Below, piece by piece: positions 54,755-64,000 of a stretch of 64,000 bases of DNA. How positions within the stretch are numbered: the first letter of the stretch is position 1; each line of letters starts with the position of its first letter. The translations under genes were made by a program, and so were the position numbers. Location of the stretch: NCBI RefSeq assembly GCF_009914755.1, contig NC_060945.1. One strand, 5' to 3'. The notes under the pieces were generated by a model. That model was not told the origin of the DNA, did not search any database, and saw only the letters and a list, made by a program, of their open reading frames with translations. Source of the DNA: the human T2T-CHM13v2.0 reference genome, Homo sapiens.

Positions 54755-56034
54755 TGCAAAAGAAGCTCAAGTACATCTAATCTAATCCCTTACCAAGGCC
54801 TGAATTCTTCACTTCTGACATCCCAGATTTGATCTCCCTACAGAATGCTGTACAGAACTGGCGAGTTGATTTCTGGACTTGGATACCTCATAGAAACTAC
54901 ATATGAATAAAGATCCAATCCTAAAATCTGGGGTGGCTTCTCCCTCGACTGTCTCGAAAAATCGTACCTCTGTTCCCCTAGGATGCCGGAAGAGTTTTCT
55001 CAATGTGCATCTGCCCGTGTCCTAAGTGATCTGTGACCGAGCCCTGTCCGTCCTGTCTCAAATATGTACGTGCAAACACTTCTCTCCATTTCCACAACTA
55101 CCCACGGCCCCTTGTGGAACCACTGGCTCTTTGAAAAAAATCCCAGAAGTGGTTTTGGCTTTTTGGCTAGGAGGCCTAAGCCTGCTGAGAACTTTCCTGC
55201 CCAGGATCCTGTGTGACCAAAAGTGCCTCTGCTGGGAGCTGGGATCCTCGGGACCATGCTTGCTAGCGCTGGATGAGTCTCTGGAAGGACGCACGGGACT
55301 CCGCAAAGCTGACCTGTCCCACCGAGGTCAAATGGATACCTCTGCATTGGCCCGAGGCCTCCGAAGTACATCACCGTCACCAACCGTCACCGTCAGCATC
55401 CTTGTGAGCCTGCCCAAGGCCCCGCCTCCGGGGAGACTCTTGGGAGCCCGGCCTTCGTCGGCTAAAGTCCAAAGGGATGGTGACTTCCACCCACAAGGTC
55501 CCCACTGAACGGCGAAGATGTGGAGCGTAGGTCAGAGAGGGGACCAGGAGGGGAGACGTCCCGACAGGCGACGAGTTCCCAAGGCTCTGGCCACCCCACC
55601 CACGCCCCACGCCCCACGTCCCGGGCACCCGCGGGACACCGCCGCTTTATCCCCTCCTCTGTCCACAGCCGGCCCCACCCCACCACGCAACCCACGCACA
55701 CACGCTGGAGGTTCCAAAACCACACGGTGTGACTAGAGCCTGACGGAGCGAGAGCCCATTTCACGAGGTGGGAGGGGTGGGGGTGGGGTGGGTTGGGGGT
55801 TGTGGGGTCTGTGGCGAGCCCGATTCTCCCTCTTGGGTGGCTACAGGCTAGAAATGAATATCGCTTCTTGGGCGGAGGGGCTTCCTTAGGCCATCACCGC
55901 TTGCGGGACTACCTCTCAAACCCTCCCTTGAGGCCACAAAATAGATTCCACCCCACCCATCGACGTTTCCCCCGGGTGCTGGATGTATCCTGTCAAGAGA
56001 CCTGAGCCTGACACCGTCGAATTAAACACCTTGA

Positions 56035-56259
<225 letters not shown>

Positions 56260-56304
56260 TAGATTCGAGCCACACCTCATTCCGTGCCACAGAGAGACTT
56301 CTTT

Positions 56305-59300
56305 TTTTTTTTTTTTTTAAGCGCAACGCAACATGTCTGCCTTATTTGAGTGGCTTCCTATATCATTATAATTGTGTTATAGATGAAGAAACGGTATTAA
56401 ACACTGTGCTAATGATAGTGAAAGTGAAGACAAAAGAAAGGCTATCTATTTTGTGGTTAGAATAAAGTTGCTCAGTATTTAGAGCTACCTAAATACGTCA
56501 GCATTTACACTCTTCCTAGTAAAAGCTGGCCAATCTGAATAATCCTCCTTTAAACAAACACAATTTTTGATAGGGTTAAGATTTTTTTAAGAATGCGACT
56601 CCTGCAAAATAGCTGAACAGACGATACACATTTAAAAAAATAACAACACAAGGATCAACCAGACTTGGGAAAAAATCGAAAACCACACAAGTCTTATGAA
56701 GAACTGAGTTCTTAAAATAGGACGGAGAACGTAGCTATCGGAAGAGAAGGCAGTATTGGCAAGTTGATTGTTACGTTGGTCAGCAGTAGCTGGCACTATC
56801 TTTTTGGCCATCTTTCGGGCAATGTAACTACTACAGCAAAATGAGATATGATCCATTAAACAACATATTCGCAAATCAAAAAGTGTTTCAGTAATATAAT
56901 GCTTCAGATTTAGAAGCAAATCAAATGATAGAACTCCACTGCTGTAATAAGTCACCCCAAAGATCACCGTATCTGACAAAATAACTACCACAGGGTTATG
57001 ACTTCAGAATCATACTTTCTCTTGATATTTACTTATGTATGTATTTATTTTTTTTAATTTATTTCTCTTGAGACGGCGTCTCGCTCTGTCGCCCAGGCTG
57101 GAGTGCGATGGTGTGATCTCGGCTCACTGCAACCGCCACCTCCCTGGGTTCAAGCGATTCTCCTGCCTCAGCCTCCCGAGTAGCTGGGACTACAGGTGCC
57201 CGCCACCACGCCCAGCTAATCTTTATACTTTTAATAGAGACGGGGTTTCACCGTGTCGGCCCGGATGGTCTCGATCTCTTGACCTCGTGACCCGCCCGCC
57301 TCGGCCTCCCAAAGTGCTGGGATGACAGGCGTGAGCCACTGAGCCCGGCCTTCTCTTGACGTTTAAACTATGAAGTCAGTCCAGAGAAACGCAATAAATG
57401 TCAACGGTGAGGATGGTGTTGAGGCAGAAGTAGGACCACACTTTTTCCTATCTTATTCAGTTGATAACAATATGACCTAGGTAGTAATTTCCTATGTGCC
57501 TACTTATACACGAGTACAAAAGAGTAAAACAGAGAGACTGCTAAATTAAAGGGTACGTGAAGTTCTTCATAGTAACTCCGTAAACTGGAACACTGTCAAA
57601 AAGCAGCAGCTAGTGAATTGTTTCCATGTATTTTTCTATGATCCAATAAGTGAACTATGCTATTCCTTTCCAGTCTCCCAAGCACTTCTTGTCCCCATCA
57701 CCACTTCGGTGCTCGAAGAAAAAGTAACAAATCAAGGAACACAACTAAAGAAACACACACACAAACCAAAGACAACTACAGCGTCTGCAAAAGTTTGCTA
57801 GAAGACTGAAACTGTTGAGTATAAGGATCTGGTATTCTACGATCATGAGTTCACTTCAGAGTTTGTTCAAGACATACGTTTCGTAAGGAAACATCTTAGT
57901 TAGAAGTTATTCAGCAGTAGGTACCATCCCTAAGTATTTTTCACCAAATTCGTGACAATAAAGAGCTATCTAACCAGAAAAATTAGCGAGTACCGGCACC
58001 ATCCATAGGGCTTTGTCTTTACGCTTCATTAGCACTTACCATGCCTTACAATGTCTAGGATTGACCCTGATAGCATTTCGAAAACAAGCTAATGCTTTGT
58101 CCAGTTCTTCAGTGAAGACAAGCTCACGCCCTAATGCGCTATAGGCATAAGCATCATTTGGATCCACTTCGAGAGTTCTCTGGAAGAATTGAATCGCAAT
58201 ATCGTGTTCCCGTTGCAGACCGAAACAGTTCCCTGCAGCACACCAGGCCTCTGGCTGGCGAATTTTTATCCATGTCTGTGAAGTCTTTGGACAGAACTGA
58301 AAGAGCAACCTCTTTCGGAGGATGCCAAAGTGTTGTAGAGTAGATCTCCATGCCTTCGACTCTGTAATTCTCAATCCTCCTAACCTCTGAGAATTGTCTT
58401 TCAGCTTGCGTGGACTCTGAAAGTTTACAATAGGCCCTTCCGATTTGGCACAGTACCCAACCGGTATTGCGGTGGTGAGAAGCTAGATGGCTCAAGATGC
58501 TGATAGCTTCTTTGCCGTGGTAAGAACACAAAGCTAAATAACCTTTCCCCCTTTCACGAAGAAGGCTCATCAAGCCTTCCGCTGCTGCTTTTTGTAGATT
58601 AAAAGCCTGAATCTGAGGCGCGATTGCGGCTATTTTCCCTTCTGAAATGACGGAAGAGTCCAATTTTGTCACTTCCAGGCTATCACTTATGTTCGGTGGA
58701 GTTATTGCTCCTTTATTAGTTTTACTTTTGGTTCTTCTGTTTGGGATTTTAGGTGGAAACTTCATTTTTAATTTTCTCCTATTCTCCTCGGTTGTGGAGC
58801 TGTCACTAGTCAAGAGTCGTGAATGTCTTCGAGGCGGTGCATTTGGGGGAGATGCCATAGTGGGGCTCAATACCTGAGGTGTTGCCCTTGTCGGCGGACC
58901 AGAACTTTGTGTTTTTGCAAGGACTGGAGTTACCTTTCGGCTCTTTCCCCTCTGCGAGAAGACAGACGGTGTTCCGGTTTGGCCGATTCTGGCAACAGGC
59001 TTTTTTGAAGGGGCTCCGGTGGATGGCACGTCAATGACAGACGGTGTCTCATACCAGTGCAGTTTTGTCAATAGGGTCCGTCTCCGGGACTTGGGGTTTC
59101 TAATGGCAAAATGCCAACACTTGGGGTTAATGGACTAACAGCTGCTGGTCCTCCTAATAAACTTCGACCAGTTTTTGGTTTATGTTGAACCTGTTTAGAT
59201 CATATGGAAGTTCCTGTTCCCAGTGGGACAGTATCAGGTGAAAGGACAGCTGAATCGATAGAAGACACTGGGGAGTCTGTATTCAAGGAGTACTTTGAAT

Positions 59301-60097
59301 TGGAAGATTCTAAATTCCATCCGTTTCATTCGACGGTGTCCTGGGGTGTTTCCGTAAGAACGGTCTCGGGCTGTCTGTGACATAAACTAGGACGAGGTCC
59401 AAGTGTTGTGGCGCAACACTTGGACAGGCAGTTGCTAAAGCTCTCTAGAGAGGTGAATCAAAATGTTTGGTCAGGATCTGGCTTTTCCCCCCTATTTCAC
59501 ATCATGATTCAAAGGGACACCAGAGGAAAGGATTTCAACGAAGGCTCTTTTGGTCACATTCTGATCCTTTGGTAAGCCGATCTGTCTTGCAATATACATG
59601 TCCCGACGATGGAAGGGGAAAGCGAGCTGAATCACCAAACTCAGGAACGATAATATCATCGTGGCTTTTCTGCTTATGAAACACTCCACCCGATAAGATT
59701 TGATCCCCTTCTGCAAGCTTGCTGAGATCAACACAACATTTCGCAAGCAGGCATTTGCATTGCGGGGTAGTACAACTGTGTCCTTTCAAGAGTCTATATG
59801 TTTTATAGGCCTTTCCTGAGCGGTAAGAACAGGTCGCCAGTAAGAACAAGGCTTCTTCTGAGTGTACTTCTGCATAAAGGCGTTCTGCGGGGGAAACCGC
59901 ATCTCGGTAGGCATAGTGGTTTAGTGCTTGCCATATAGCAGCCTGGACGGGTCCCTGCAGCACCGCCATCCTCGAGGCTCAGGCCCACTTTCTGCAGTGC
60001 CACAGGCACCCCCCCCCCCCATAGCGGCTCCGGCCCGGCCAGCCCCGGCTCATTTAAAGGCACCAGCCGCCGTTACCGGGGGATGGGGGAGTCCGAG
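56305..60097 (-). pseudogene. CDC27P: CDC27 retro-pseudogene (second unit), with internal Alu 57032-57350
   Basis: ORFs 59535..59969, 58154..59071 and 58036..58374 are identical to the first copy. Confidence 0.93.
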
Positions 60098-60622
60098 ACA
60101 GAATGACTTCTTTATCCTGCTGACTCTGGAAAGCCCGGCGCCTTGTGATCCATTGCAAACCGAGAGTCACCTCGTGTTTAGAACACGGATCCACTCCCAA
60201 GTTCAGTGGGGGGATGTGAGGGGTGTGGCAGGTAGGACGAAGGACTCTCTTCCTTCTGATTCGGTCTGCACAGTGGGGCCTAGGGCTGGAGCTCTCTCCG
60301 TGCGGACCGCTGACTCCCTCTACCTTGGGTTCCCTCGGCCCCACCCTGGAACGCCGGGCCTTGGCAGATTCTGGCCCTTCCTGGCCCTTCAGTCGCTGTC
60401 AGAAACCCCATCTCATGCTCGGATGCCCCGAGTGACTGTGGCTCGCACCTCTCCGGAAACATTGGAAATCTCTCCTCTACGCGCGGCCACCTGAAACCAC
60501 AGGAGCTCGGGACACACGTGCTTTCGGGAGAGAATGCTGAGAGTCTCTTGCCGACTCTCTCTTGACTTGAGTTCTTCGTGGGTGCGTGGTTAAGACGTAG
60601 TGAGACCAGATGTATTAACTCA

Positions 60623-63541
<2,919 letters not shown>

Positions 63542-63813
63542 TTAACTTCATTTTATGTTATTATCATGATTGATGTTTCGAGACGGAGTCTCGGAGGCCC
63601 GCCCTCCCTGGTTGCCCAGACAACCCCGGGAGACAGACCCTGGCTGGGCCCGATTGTTCTTCTCCTTGGTCAGGGGTTTCCTTGTCTTTCTTCGTGTCTT
63701 TAACCCGCGTGGACTCTTCCGCTCGGGTTTGACAGATGGCAGCTCCACTTTAGGCCTTGTTGTTGTTGGGGACTTTCCTGATTCTCCCCAGATGTAGTGA
63801 AAGCAGGTAGATT

Positions 63814-63843
63814 TGCCTTGCCTGGACTTGCCTGGCCTTGCCT
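63814..63843. promoter_or_regulatory. p53 RGC element (second unit)
   Basis: Same sequence as 19027-19056. Confidence 0.88.
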
Positions 63844-64000
63844 TTTCTTTCTTTCTTTCTTTATTACTTTCTCTTTTTCTTCTTCTTCTTCTTCTTCTTC
63901 TTCTTCTTCTTCTTCTTCTTCTTCTTCTTCTTCTTCTTCTTCTTTTTTTTTTTGAGACAGAGTTTCACTCTTGTTGCCCAGGCTAGAGGGCAATGGTGCG

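Overview
Human (hominoid) 45S ribosomal DNA tandem array on the + strand, about 1.43 repeat units. The unit length is 44,787 bp: positions 1-19213 recur at 44788-64000, with every ORF offset by exactly 44,787. There is one complete Pol I transcription unit: TSS 22465, 18S 26105-27973, 5.8S 29051-29207, 28S 30379-35445. It is preceded by a CTCF-like motif, a putative spacer promoter, a spacer terminator, T0 and the core promoter, and followed by 11 Sal-box-like terminators in three R repeats. The intergenic spacer (IGS) holds a head-to-tail ~4.45-kb duplication (divergent Alu pair plus ~2.7-kb CT tract), a third CT tract, many Alus, microsatellites, the p53 'RGC' element and a CDC27 pseudogene. 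No functional protein-coding gene is supported. The locus as a whole is well known. The least expected observations are: (i) the CDC27 copy appears to be a 3.8-kb semi-processed retrocopy of an intron-polyadenylated transcript, with splice donor, decayed polyA signal, polyA tail and TSD all visible; (ii) a diverged ~150-bp module duplicated 10 kb apart in the IGS, each copy ending in an RFX X-box-like palindrome; (iii) higher-order, AG-depleted structure in the CT tracts. Alu and tract boundaries are approximate, read by eye.
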